Assembly (NCBI GenBank): GCA_964655765.1
Contig: CAZZNI010000002.1
Coordinates: forward strand, 1-63,628
Source: an uncultured Gammaproteobacteria bacterium
Lineage (GTDB): Bacteria; Patescibacteriota; Microgenomatia; PFEM01; CAYPPS01
Length of the DNA stretch: 63,628 nt
Direction: 5' to 3'
The position numbers and the translations under genes are program-made. How positions within the stretch are numbered: the stretch's first letter is position 1; the number at the start of each line of letters is the position of its first letter. Under the pieces are notes generated by a model that did not search any database, was not told where the DNA came from, and saw only the letters and a list, made by a program, of their open reading frames with translations. Below are positions 1-9,376 of the stretch, one piece after another.

Positions 1-513
1 AATTTCCAGTTCTAAAACTTCTCCCTGTGTTTGCTGTGAACCTTGTTGGAGTCGGCGGCGGAGTTCTTCGTTGGCTTTAACGGCGTCTTGTAGTTGTTTG
101 TCTTTCTCAGCAATTTTAAGCTGTTGTTCTTCGCTGGCTTGCTTGGTTGCTTCAAAGCGGATTTTTTCTTCTTCCTGGGCAAGGATTTTTTTCATTTCTA
201 AACCCCGTTCTTCATCTTTTCTTCTCAACAGCCTGATTTCATCATTGAGATTTTCCAGTTGTTTGATTAATTTCTGGTTGCGTTCTTTCTCTTCAGTAGA
301 GTCTTTTTTAAGCTGATTAATTAACTCTTCGTATTCCGCTTTAGCTTTTTGGCTGGTCTTGTCTTCGGTTTCTTTTTTAATTTTTTCTAACAGTTGTTTC
401 TGTTTTTCTCTCTCTTGGACTAACAATTTTTCTTCCAATTGATGCTGGAAAGCTTCGCTCGGTTCAAAGGATTTATGACAGTGAGGGCATCTAATTTGGT
501 TGTTATCAGCCAT
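1..513 (-). CDS. DUF2130-family coiled-coil protein (5' part; runs off the window edge)
   Basis: Hand translation from ATG at 513: MADNNQIRCPHCHKSFEPSEAFQHQ...coiled coil...GSQQTQGEVLELEI, the typical DUF2130 CPxC start and SQQxQGEVLE motif. Absent from the ORF track because it is truncated. Confidence 0.8.
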   Translation of the reverse strand, partial: MADNNQIRCPHCHKSFEPSEAFQHQLEEKLLVQEREKQKQLLEKIKKETEDKTSQKAKAEYEELINQLKKDSTEEKERNQKLIKQLENLNDEIRLLRRKDEERGLEMKKILAQEEEKIRFEATKQASEEQQLKIAEKDKQLQDAVKANEELRRRLQQGSQQTQGEVLELEI

Positions 514-515
514 GG

Positions 516-1979
516 TTAAATATATTCCAATCGGTTTTCTATTTTACTATTAATGTTTTGGTGCTGGCGTAGGTATTCTTCTAAAACTTCGCGAGCGGAA
601 GTGGTGGCTACTTTACTGCCAGCTGTTTCAAGCAAGGCTTCGTTGCTTATCCCTAGATAATTTTGCGACTGATTAAAGTGGTAACTTTGTAAACAGATGG
701 TATAGATATTGGCATCGGTTACTTTTTGGCCGTTAACGGTTAATTGAATCAGTTTTTTTTGCTTGTCATTGTATTTGGCTTTAACCGCACCGTTGACTTG
801 GTAGCATTCACCTTCACCGTCACGGTTTTCCGGCCTCATAATGTGGCTAAAGATTTGTTTTAATTTACGGCCGTTAATTGAATAACGGCTTAAGCTGTCG
901 TCGTAAGGAAAACAGCTCAAGAAATCTTTCAAAGTTACTATTGGTCCTAACTTTTCGACTCTGATGGAACCACTGCCGACCAAGATAATGTCGCTTTCAG
1001 TACCTTGTGCCAGGGCGTCAGCAATCAAGTTGCCCAGAGTGGTTTCTTCTTCCCGTTTCGGGTGGGTTAACTGCTGGCTGAATTTAGACAGGATTGTGTT
1101 GTATTTTCGGTCGATTTTAGTTTTAAAGGAATTAATATAAGTTTCTAGGTTTTTATCCGGCTCGGCCAGATTATTATCAATCGGGATTAACTGCCATTGA
1201 TAATCAACAATACTATTACTGTCGTCGTCAACAGTGATGTCAAATCGGCCGACCTGATCGGAGCCAACTCCGGCTTGAGCAATCAGGATATTGTTAACCT
1301 TTTCCGGTTTTTGTAAAACTGTGTGGGAGTGGCCGCCGATGATCATGTCAACACCCCATTGTTTTTTTAGCATTTTTGCCAGTTTTATGTCTGACTCAAA
1401 ACCGATGTGGGTTAGTAGGATGGTTAGGTCGATATCATCATTTTTATAGGCATTACAAATTTTACCGACCTCTTGGCCGGCTTCTTCCAGGGAAATAAAA
1501 CTGCCAACTAATTTATCCATATTGATAGAATCCATCACTTTTTCGGTAATAATACCGGTGAAGAGAATGTCAAAGCCGGCTTGGTTAATGATTTTATAGG
1601 GATTCATTAACCGCTTGTTGTATTTTTTAACATAAAGATTGGCGTTAACGATTGGGAAGTTGGCCATTTTTTCCAAAAAAAGTAGGTGGGGCAGACCGTA
1701 GTCAAATTCATGATTTCCCAGCGCCACCACATCTGGGGCAAGGTAGTTCATGATTTCCATGGTGGAAATGCCTTTGTATTCCGAGTCAATCAGTGAGCCT
1801 TGGACCATGTCACCGGAAATGACATAAAGAACATTTTCTTCTTCCTGGCGAACCCGGTTAATGTAACCGGAAAGTAAAGCAAGACCGCCGATAAGTTTAC
1901 CTTTACCTTGGCGCGCTTCGGCTAAAAAATCGCCGTGCATGTCATTGGAATGAAGAATGGTAAATTTTTTGGTTTTCAT
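516..1979 (-). CDS. Bifunctional metallophosphatase / 5'-nucleotidase
   Basis: Motifs LHSNDMHG, SGD, LGNHEFD, LTHIG, GGHSH plus the C-terminal 5'-nucleotidase domain. Start probably 1979 (alternative 1991). Confidence 0.9.
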   Translation of the reverse strand: MKTKKFTILHSNDMHGDFLAEARQGKGKLIGGLALLSGYINRVRQEEENVLYVISGDMVQGSLIDSEYKGISTMEIMNYLAPDVVALGNHEFDYGLPHLLFLEKMANFPIVNANLYVKKYNKRLMNPYKIINQAGFDILFTGIITEKVMDSINMDKLVGSFISLEEAGQEVGKICNAYKNDDIDLTILLTHIGFESDIKLAKMLKKQWGVDMIIGGHSHTVLQKPEKVNNILIAQAGVGSDQVGRFDITVDDDSNSIVDYQWQLIPIDNNLAEPDKNLETYINSFKTKIDRKYNTILSKFSQQLTHPKREEETTLGNLIADALAQGTESDIILVGSGSIRVEKLGPIVTLKDFLSCFPYDDSLSRYSINGRKLKQIFSHIMRPENRDGEGECYQVNGAVKAKYNDKQKKLIQLTVNGQKVTDANIYTICLQSYHFNQSQNYLGISNEALLETAGSKVATTSAREVLEEYLRQHQNINSKIENRLEYI

Positions 1980-2095
1980 TACTGCTTCCATTTTACCAGG
2001 CCGGCAAGAGAATTGTCTTGATTAAATTAAACCGGTTACCATGGTTATAGTCCTCAGGTTTTATACTATAAACAAAACAAGAAAGCCTGTAACAA

Positions 2096-2124
2096 TTGAT
2101 TTTTACAATTATTTTATATATAAT
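2096..2124 (+). promoter_or_regulatory. Sigma70-type promoter of the GT2/sortase operon
   Basis: TTGATT (2096-2101), 17 nt spacer, TATAAT (2119-2124). Confidence 0.6.
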
Positions 2125-2146
2125 GCCAGCAAATTTATTGAAACTC

Positions 2147-3442
2147 ATGAAACCTATAACATCTTTTAATAAGATAAAGAAAGGCGCTGTTTTGGCGAGA
2201 GACTTGGTTAGTTTTGTAGTGCCGAAAAAAGAGGCTGGCAAAAAAAATAAAAAAAGTATTTTTGAAAAAAAGAAAATTGTTGTTGTTGTCCCAACTTACA
2301 AACCATCTTCCTTGACCCATCAGCTGGTAAGAAACCTTCACGATTGGCACTGTAATGTTGAGATTGTAATTGTTGACGATTCGAATTCAAAGTCTTCCGG
2401 CTGGCAAAAAAAGATGTTTGAAAAACTTGAACTTTTTTCCCGCAATAAACGGGTTCACTTCGTCAAGACTCCGAAAAATTTGCATAAACCAGGAGCACTA
2501 AATTATGGTTTTAAATATGTCAAAGAGACTTTTCTAACCGTTAAACCTAATGTGATTGTTACTACCGACGACGATGTCATAATGACTGAAAAAACCCTGC
2601 CGGTTCTTATTAACAAACTATATTCTTCACCGAAAACGGGAGCTGTTTGCAGTTTGGTCCGGGTTAAAAATAAAAATAAAAATCTCTTAACTAAACTCCA
2701 GGGGCTTGAGTATCATAATTTTAATATTACTAAAATTTCCGATAACGGTTTTTTCAAAGGGCCTTTGGTAATGCAGGGGGCAACAACTGCTTTTAGGTAT
2801 TCTTCTTTTAATCAGGTTGGCGGCTATGCGGAGAACAATTTGATTGAAGACTATGAAATAACTGCTAACCTTAAAAAACACGGATGGAATGTTGCCTTTT
2901 CTCCTGATTGCTGGATTTGGACTGAAGTTCCCGAAAACTTTTCAACGCTATGGAAACAAAGAGTTCGTTGGACTTATTGGGGGATTGTGGTTATTGAGAA
3001 TTATTATAAGAGCCTGACTTCGGTTTTACAGGATGTAATTGGCCATGCTTCTTTTTTGGGCCTTTTTTTCCTTATTATGTTGTCATTTCTTATTTCCTCA
3101 CCGACTTCTGTGCAAGGTTTATTGATCAACATTATTGTGGCAGTGGCTCTAAGCCAAGTTATTATGTCGTTTATATTCAGTCTTTATATTTTGAAATATT
3201 ATAAAGATGTTGACTGGAAAGACTATTTAATCCGTTTGTTAATTGTCCCGGAATTTTTTTACAGCAACATCTTGACACTTGTTCTTTTGGGTTCTTACCC
3301 ATTTTTTATTTTTAATAAAATTTTTGGCCAAGCATTAAAAGTGGAACCGGTTTATAAATTAGGCTTGAAGTTTTTTAACTGGTTTGGATATTCACTTTCT
3401 TGGGGGACCAGAAAGCTTGAAGGAGGTGAAGTGAATGGATAG
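2147..3442 (+). CDS. Processive family 2 glycosyltransferase (IcaA/PgaC-like polysaccharide synthase)
   Basis: IVDD, TTDDD, IEDYE and QRVRW (D,D,D,QxxRW) motifs with C-terminal TM helices. Start chosen downstream of the promoter. Confidence 0.85.
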   Translation: MKPITSFNKIKKGAVLARDLVSFVVPKKEAGKKNKKSIFEKKKIVVVVPTYKPSSLTHQLVRNLHDWHCNVEIVIVDDSNSKSSGWQKKMFEKLELFSRNKRVHFVKTPKNLHKPGALNYGFKYVKETFLTVKPNVIVTTDDDVIMTEKTLPVLINKLYSSPKTGAVCSLVRVKNKNKNLLTKLQGLEYHNFNITKISDNGFFKGPLVMQGATTAFRYSSFNQVGGYAENNLIEDYEITANLKKHGWNVAFSPDCWIWTEVPENFSTLWKQRVRWTYWGIVVIENYYKSLTSVLQDVIGHASFLGLFFLIMLSFLISSPTSVQGLLINIIVAVALSQVIMSFIFSLYILKYYKDVDWKDYLIRLLIVPEFFYSNILTLVLLGSYPFFIFNKIFGQALKVEPVYKLGLKFFNWFGYSLSWGTRKLEGGEVNG

Positions 3443-3635
3443 TTACGGAGGAGGCGGAATCGGCGGCGCAGTTTTAGGTTCAGCGACTGCTCTACCAGCT
3501 ACAAGTGCCTTAGTTTTGTGGTTAACAAATACCGATTTAACCATTGTGTACGGCTTGATTGCGGTAAACCTATTTAGCTTAATTATTAACTTTACTGTTA
3601 TTGTTCGTTACCTGCAAAATTACAGAAGGCATTAA
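3435..3635 (+). CDS. 66-aa Gly-rich membrane peptide with an LPxT-like sorting signal
   Basis: Strong SD (GAAGGAGGTGA), overlaps the GT2 stop. Sequence has GGGG, AVLGS, LPATS, a hydrophobic stretch and a basic RRH tail. Confidence 0.7.
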   Translation: MDSYGGGGIGGAVLGSATALPATSALVLWLTNTDLTIVYGLIAVNLFSLIINFTVIVRYLQNYRRH

Positions 3636-3640
3636 GCAAA

Positions 3641-4303
3641 ATGAAAAATACAAAAAATAAAAAAAGAAAAATTGGTTTTTCTGCGGGGACGGTTTTGGTA
3701 TTGTTTTTTTCGGCCATTCCATTTCTTTTGTTAGTTCTTTGGCTCAAAGTTTTGGTTGGCCAGGTTCAAATAAGGTTTAATAGTTTTCCGCAATTTGGGA
3801 TGGCGAAAGATTACCAATCTTGTGAGGAAAACAACGAAGTAATTGATCCAGCTGATTTTAATCAAATTAGTCAAGGATTAACTCCTCAACAAATTAAAAT
3901 AGAATCAGTTGGTATTGATTTGCCGATTATCGCTGTTTCTTTGGAAGAAGGGACCTGGCAGGTTAACGACAATGTGGCCAATTATGCTCAAGGGACAGCT
4001 TTAATAAACATGGACAATGGTAATATCGGAATTTATGGACATGATCGGGAAAATGTTTTTTCTCAGATTAAAAAACTTGCTGTTGGAGATAAAATTATTC
4101 TTTTTTCTGACAACTTTAAAGCAACCTATATAATTACCGATTCTTTTGTTTCTGAAAAGGAAGATGTTGATGTTTTTTTTGAAACAGAAGAGCCTGTTTT
4201 GACCCTTGTTACTTGCGATGGAGTCTTGTCTGAAAAGAGGTATATTGTTAAAGCAAAATTTGATACAATGCAAAAAATAATGTGTTATGAAAATAATTTA
4301 TAG
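3641..4303 (+). CDS. Sortase
   Basis: N-terminal TM; GNIGIYGH, LTLVTC and downstream R (KRYIVKA) give the His/Cys/Arg triad. Confidence 0.9.
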   Translation: MKNTKNKKRKIGFSAGTVLVLFFSAIPFLLLVLWLKVLVGQVQIRFNSFPQFGMAKDYQSCEENNEVIDPADFNQISQGLTPQQIKIESVGIDLPIIAVSLEEGTWQVNDNVANYAQGTALINMDNGNIGIYGHDRENVFSQIKKLAVGDKIILFSDNFKATYIITDSFVSEKEDVDVFFETEEPVLTLVTCDGVLSEKRYIVKAKFDTMQKIMCYENNL

Positions 4304-6032
4304 GATATTATTATTTCTCTTGGTATTTACCTTTCTATCGTTTAATACGAGAGAGGTTTTGTTTGCCAGTCTTGCCGATTACAACCTAGCCAAGGTGTCA
4401 TTAACTTTCGATGACGGTTTTGAATCTGTTTACACCAACGCCTTGCCAATTTTGTCTCAAAAAAATATTAAAGCGACCGTTTACATAACTACCAGCTATA
4501 TTGGGCAACCCGGTTACATGACTTGGGATCAGGTTATCAGTTTACAAAATGATTATGGTTGGGAAATTGGTTCTCATACTGTAACCCACTTAGAACTTGA
4601 GGGTGCGTCTGTAGATAACATTGTTTATGAAGTTAAAAATTCGTTTGACATCTTAAGCTCGTTTGGTTTACAAGTAACAAATTTTGCTTCTCCTTTCGGG
4701 ACTTATGATAATAATGCTCTGGCGGTTATTGCTAAGTATTACAAATCTCATCGAGGTTTTTGGGATGTTGCCGACCTTAATCTTTGGCCTTATGACAAAA
4801 CATTATTAATGGACAAGATGGTTGATAGCACTGTTAGCTTAGCTACTATCTACGCGTACATTGACCAGGCCAAATTAGAAAATAAGTGGTTAATTTTTAC
4901 CCTTCACGATATTCAGCCGAGTAAAGATCTAAGCAACGAATATGTTACTACCATCGTTGATTTACAAGCAATGGTAGACTATATCGTTAATTCAGGACTT
5001 GACGGAATTACCGTAGAAGAATCACTGGTAACACCAACAAACAACCTGGTAGTTAACCCTGGTTTTGAAGACGGTTTTGACAATTGGGTTACCGACAACG
5101 CTTTACAGGTGACGGTTGATAGTAACGAAAACGGCCGGTATCCTTCTCCTGCTTTATCTATAAAAATGTTGGCCGGAGTAAATAAGGCCCACCTTTTTAG
5201 TTCGAGGATAGAGGTCAGCCCGGACGCTCAATATTCCCTTAGTAGTTTTATTAATGCCAACTATCTTACCGGCGGAGAAACAGGTTTTTACATTGATGAA
5301 TATGACGCTAGCGGAAATTGGATTTCTGGTCAGTGGTTGGGACTGGTCAAACTTGGTAGTATTGTTGAATTTTCAAAAATATATACACCTTCGTCAAGTC
5401 AAGTAAGCTCAATTAGTTTACAGACTTATCTTGTCGCCGGTTCGATTGGTTATACCTATGTTGACAATTTTAAGTTTTACAACCTGAACGAAATTACTCC
5501 AACACCGACGCCAACCGATGAGCCAACACCAACACCGACGCCAACCGATGAGCCAACACCAACACCGACGCCAACCGATGATTTAAATATGGTTCAAAAC
5601 CCAAGTTTTGAAGAAGTTGATGAGCAGGATTGGCCGCTTTTTTGGACCAAAGACGACAATCAAAGCTATTTTGTTGAAAGGGGTGTGGGTGTTTATAATG
5701 GAGCAAATTGGATGCACCTTAATGGCTCGGGCAGGGCACATATTTTCAGCGCTTTGGTTGATGTTTCTTCTTCTGGCAATTATATTTGGAGCCAATATAT
5801 TAAAGTTGATCAAATCACCGGTGAGTTTGGTTTTTACATTGATGAATATGATGCTAATGGAAACTGGATTTCCGGCCAATGGAAAGGGATGGTTGCTGTT
5901 AATCAGGATGGAATTGTCCAAATTGTTTACCAGCCGACGAGTGCGAAGGTGGCAAGGGTTGGTCTTCAGTATTACTTTATCGGTGATCTTGCCAGTGTTT
6001 ATATCGATCTGGTTAAATTTTTAGCTCAATAA
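4287..6032 (+). CDS. Secreted polysaccharide deacetylase (CE4/NodB) with two carbohydrate-binding-like domains
   Basis: LTFDDG, EIGSHTVTH, ASPFG, FTLHDI. Two homologous beta domains (NPGFE/NPSFE...GFYIDEYDAxGNWISGQW) separated by a PT linker. Confidence 0.85.
   Translation: MKIIYRILLFLLVFTFLSFNTREVLFASLADYNLAKVSLTFDDGFESVYTNALPILSQKNIKATVYITTSYIGQPGYMTWDQVISLQNDYGWEIGSHTVTHLELEGASVDNIVYEVKNSFDILSSFGLQVTNFASPFGTYDNNALAVIAKYYKSHRGFWDVADLNLWPYDKTLLMDKMVDSTVSLATIYAYIDQAKLENKWLIFTLHDIQPSKDLSNEYVTTIVDLQAMVDYIVNSGLDGITVEESLVTPTNNLVVNPGFEDGFDNWVTDNALQVTVDSNENGRYPSPALSIKMLAGVNKAHLFSSRIEVSPDAQYSLSSFINANYLTGGETGFYIDEYDASGNWISGQWLGLVKLGSIVEFSKIYTPSSSQVSSISLQTYLVAGSIGYTYVDNFKFYNLNEITPTPTPTDEPTPTPTPTDEPTPTPTPTDDLNMVQNPSFEEVDEQDWPLFWTKDDNQSYFVERGVGVYNGANWMHLNGSGRAHIFSALVDVSSSGNYIWSQYIKVDQITGEFGFYIDEYDANGNWISGQWKGMVAVNQDGIVQIVYQPTSAKVARVGLQYYFIGDLASVYIDLVKFLAQ
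5499..5581 (+). repeat. 30-bp coding tandem repeat (EPTPTPTPTD linker)
   Basis: AGCCAACACCAACACCGACGCCAACCGATG twice exactly (5521-5580) plus a partial copy from 5499. Confidence 0.95.
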
Positions 6033-6036
6033 AAAA

Positions 6037-7056
6037 ATGGGCAAATCCAAAATTGTTGTTGCCGTATTTGTCTTTTTGCTTGCCCTTGTTACGGTTAAAT
6101 TGTTAACTTCGCAATTTACCAATCCTGAAAAAGAGCTTGATAATCAAGCCAGCCAACTACAAGAAAATTTACAAGAGGTTGTTGTCAATGACTCCGGTAA
6201 AAAATTGATGGTTTTAAAGGATGTTGGTGAGCCGTTCATGGATTTTTTTGGTTTAAGTGATAATGATTTCAGATTGATTTCTTCGGCTGGTTTTAATCTT
6301 ATCGAAAGTACTTTTGATATTTGTGCTACCGATGAAGATGTCGCTTATTTCCTTAATAAGGCCAATGAGTATGGGCTTCAGATAATCATGACAGCTGGTG
6401 CCGGTGAAGCGGAGTGGGGTTACAGTTGTGACGAAGTTGCCCTGGCCGATCAAAAGCCAGTTTGGCAAAAAGAAGCGGTTAAAAACTGGGTTAACAAATG
6501 GAAAGGGAATAAAGCAATTTATGCCTGGGATATTTCCAATGAAGCCGGTTCGGTTTTCCCTAACGCAGACAACCGATATTATTTAACCGCTGATCAATTA
6601 AAAGAAGCTTATCAAACAGTTAAAGAAGCTGACCCGACAAGGCCAGTGATAATTCGGATGAACGGCTGGTTCTTTTACGATTACGAAAGTAATTTCTTTC
6701 GGGCCGGTAATCCTTTTACGACTGATGTAGCTGATATTGTTATGATAAATGCCTATTCTAATGTTGAAGACTATTTTGATGATTTCGTTTTTACGGTGAC
6801 CCAAAGAGCCATCAATTCAATTGGTGAGATTGATTCTGACATTAAGCTTATTATTTCCCTTGGGGTATGGGAGGAAAAACCACTTTGGTTCCGACCGACG
6901 GCCGCGCAGATTAAAAACGACTACAATAGTTTAAAAAATTTTGACATTTTGGGGGTGGCCTATTTTAAATATGGGGCAAAGAATAGCGAATGGTACTTAC
7001 CGGATTACAAAACTATTTGGGACGAACTGCAAAAATTAAACCTCGAGACAAATTAA
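6037..7056 (+). CDS. Membrane-anchored glycoside hydrolase (clan GH-A-like TIM barrel)
   Basis: N-terminal TM; WDISNE acid/base motif followed by VKEADPTRPV. Confidence 0.7.
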   Translation: MGKSKIVVAVFVFLLALVTVKLLTSQFTNPEKELDNQASQLQENLQEVVVNDSGKKLMVLKDVGEPFMDFFGLSDNDFRLISSAGFNLIESTFDICATDEDVAYFLNKANEYGLQIIMTAGAGEAEWGYSCDEVALADQKPVWQKEAVKNWVNKWKGNKAIYAWDISNEAGSVFPNADNRYYLTADQLKEAYQTVKEADPTRPVIIRMNGWFFYDYESNFFRAGNPFTTDVADIVMINAYSNVEDYFDDFVFTVTQRAINSIGEIDSDIKLIISLGVWEEKPLWFRPTAAQIKNDYNSLKNFDILGVAYFKYGAKNSEWYLPDYKTIWDELQKLNLETN

Positions 7057-7075
7057 TCCAATAAACCTTTGTTTA

Positions 7076-7786
7076 TCATTTTTTCCCGGTTAGAAGTTTT
7101 CTAGTTGTTTCCCTAACAGCAATTTTAGGTAAATCATTTTCATTTTTTTTCAAATATCCTTCCACTTCTTGCCGGTAATTTTTAATCATACTTCGCAGTA
7201 ACCAGGAAATTGCTTTGGTGATTAGGATATCTTTTTCGTTTTTAAGTCGATCAATGGCTAAAAAAGCAATCTTGGAAAGTCGGTTGTCTTTTACCTGTTT
7301 TGCCGATTTTACCAATAAAACAAGGCTAGCTCGTCTTTTGTGAACATTTTTGTCTTTAGAAAATTTGTTAATCATTTTTTGCCACTTTGGCCAGTTATTT
7401 AAAAGTTCATTACTGGTAAAATTGGATTGACAAATTGAGTCAACCTCAGCCCAGCCTTGTACCTGGCCAAGCCATTTGTCAAGGTTTTCGGGTTGTAGCT
7501 GTTTTCTTAATTTTGGTGCATATCCTAACAACCTGCCGATCATACTAATTTCTTCGTGAGATCTACCCAAGCTTAATGAATCAAGTAGTTTGATGTAATC
7601 CATTAGCGATAGTTTTGGATGAGTTTTTATCCAATTCTTGGCAATTTGTTTTGAAACTTCGGCTTTAAGTTGGTAGCTGTGTTTGGTTGAGCCAATATAG
7701 TTTTGGTTCCAGCAATGTTGAAGCTTAGTGTCTTGGCCTTGGTATTTTTTTATTGCTTTTAAGATTTCTGCGTGGTATTTATCCAT
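7076..7786 (-). CDS. DNA alkylation repair protein (AlkD-like HEAT repeat)
   Basis: GWAEVD, HKRRASLV, ITKAISWLLRS motifs. Probable start MDKYH at 7786. Confidence 0.8.
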   Translation of the reverse strand: MDKYHAEILKAIKKYQGQDTKLQHCWNQNYIGSTKHSYQLKAEVSKQIAKNWIKTHPKLSLMDYIKLLDSLSLGRSHEEISMIGRLLGYAPKLRKQLQPENLDKWLGQVQGWAEVDSICQSNFTSNELLNNWPKWQKMINKFSKDKNVHKRRASLVLLVKSAKQVKDNRLSKIAFLAIDRLKNEKDILITKAISWLLRSMIKNYRQEVEGYLKKNENDLPKIAVRETTRKLLTGKK

Positions 7787-8120
7787 TGGCCCGGAGTTTT
7801 TGGGGCAGAAGTTCACCTTCGATTTTTTTTGCTTTGTCACCAATTTTCCATTGGTTAAAAACTTTTTCAGCGACATTTATTTTAATCTTTTTGTCCCCAC
7901 TTGTTTCAAAGTATAAAGAGTAGACATCCTTGGTGTATGAGCTGTCGTCGTCTTCATATTCAAGATGTTTTTTATCGACCAATTTACCTTCCCAGGATGA
8001 TTTTTTTTGCTTGGCGATTTTCCCCTTAACAAGCTTAATAAATACAAAAAAAGGAGAGATGAAGATAATCAGGATAACTAAAATAAGAAGTAACTTTATC
8101 ACTAAAATTAATTTTATCAC
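7779..8120 (-). CDS. Small membrane-anchored hypothetical protein
   Basis: Hydrophobic N-terminus plus a small beta domain (WEGKLVDK...WKIGDKAKK). Overlaps the next gene start. Start codon uncertain. Confidence 0.6.
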   Translation of the reverse strand: MIKLILVIKLLLILVILIIFISPFFVFIKLVKGKIAKQKKSSWEGKLVDKKHLEYEDDDSSYTKDVYSLYFETSGDKKIKINVAEKVFNQWKIGDKAKKIEGELLPQKLRANG

Positions 8121-8157
8121 TATTTTGCTTGAATACAAATATCGTATAATAAAGACA

Positions 8158-8646
8158 ATGTTTACTAAGCCGCTTATTTTTATTTTACTGATTACAGCCA
8201 CTGTAGGTGCGTATTTTTGGTTGAAACCAAAACTAACTCCGGTGGTGGTTGTTCCGCCAATCGTTGATCAAACAGTCGTTTTGTTAACGGAGGAAGACTC
8301 GATCCGGTTGTTTTTTGATTTAATTGACCAAAAACAAATCCCCGAAGCGATTGAAATGATGAGCATTAGTCTAGCTCCCGATGATACCACCAGACAGGTA
8401 TGGGCGGTTCAGTTTAATGCCATTGAATCAATTAAGGTTTTACAAATAGAGCCAAATTTACCGGAAACCTGGAGTGAAAACCAGCACTCTTACCAGGTTT
8501 TACTAGAAACAGTTGTGGCCAAAGAAGCAGCAAACGCACCGATTCCTTATTACGGCTGGGAAGACAGTCCCAATCTGCGTTGGATTAGTTTGGAAAAAAA
8601 TTCTTCCGGTATCTGGCAAATTGCCGCTATTGCCACTGGGCCGTAA
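8158..8646 (+). CDS. Membrane-anchored hypothetical protein (NTF2-like/DUF4829-like)
   Basis: ATG 7 nt after TATAAT; N-terminal TM; ends WQIAAIATGP. Confidence 0.6.
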   Translation: MFTKPLIFILLITATVGAYFWLKPKLTPVVVVPPIVDQTVVLLTEEDSIRLFFDLIDQKQIPEAIEMMSISLAPDDTTRQVWAVQFNAIESIKVLQIEPNLPETWSENQHSYQVLLETVVAKEAANAPIPYYGWEDSPNLRWISLEKNSSGIWQIAAIATGP

Positions 8647-8653
8647 TTAAAAC

Positions 8654-9358
8654 CTAGGGCATGTAATAGCCAAAGCCCGTTGGTGCATCGCCGCTATACA
8701 GCAGGCCGTGATATCCGTCGCATGGATCATTGTAAACCTCATGGATAAGGGCAAATTCGCCCCAGATATCAGTGCCTATTTCTACATCGTTGGCGGTATA
8801 CCAAATGCTATCAGCTTTATATGCATCGGTTGGAGCAGCCACAATTTTGACAAAATTATTCCAGTTGCAAGTTTTTTCATCTTCACTCTGGTATTCACCA
8901 AACATGTGGTTTGTCTCCCATGCACCAGAATTAATATAGGAAGTATAGCCGTAATGACGGTCAAGCTTGCCATCGCCATCGCAATCGGTATTAGCCAACC
9001 AAGCATCATTCCATTTCATGACGATACGAATATCTCTATAAGGCCAAGTCCAATGATTTGCAGCATCGGGATTTTCGGCTAAATACGCTTCATCATCACC
9101 TTCATAAGGAGGAAATCCAGCGCCGCCAAGATAGGCATTAGCATATGAGCCATTAAACATCCGGCCTTGATAATTGTATCCAAAAATATCATAACCAACT
9201 GTTAATGGTTCTCCGGCTAAATAATGTGCTGCCGAATAGGTTAACGATTCGTCCTGGATGGTTGTGCACTTGTTAGGTTTTGCCGCTGTTGCGGATTTTA
9301 CGGTTAATCCAAAACCGAGGATTAACGCCAGAATCATAATTAATAATATTTTTTTCAT
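8654..9358 (-). CDS. Secreted hypothetical protein with a DxDxDG motif
   Basis: Signal peptide, strong SD (AAAGGAGGTGA), aromatic-rich, DCDGDGKLD. Confidence 0.75.
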   Translation of the reverse strand: MKKILLIMILALILGFGLTVKSATAAKPNKCTTIQDESLTYSAAHYLAGEPLTVGYDIFGYNYQGRMFNGSYANAYLGGAGFPPYEGDDEAYLAENPDAANHWTWPYRDIRIVMKWNDAWLANTDCDGDGKLDRHYGYTSYINSGAWETNHMFGEYQSEDEKTCNWNNFVKIVAAPTDAYKADSIWYTANDVEIGTDIWGEFALIHEVYNDPCDGYHGLLYSGDAPTGFGYYMP

Positions 9359-9376
9359 TTTTTGTTCACCTCCTTT

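Noticed and set aside
71-316. 81-aa plus-strand ORF
   Set aside because: Antisense shadow of the DUF2130-like gene on the minus strand.
5499-5581. Possible CRISPR array
   Set aside because: Head-to-tail repeats with no spacers, in frame as a PT linker; no cas genes or repeat-spacer arrays seen anywhere in the window.
5608-6024. 138-aa hydrophobic alternative-frame ORF
   Set aside because: Lies wholly within the deacetylase domain that is homologous to its upstream copy; no independent start signals.
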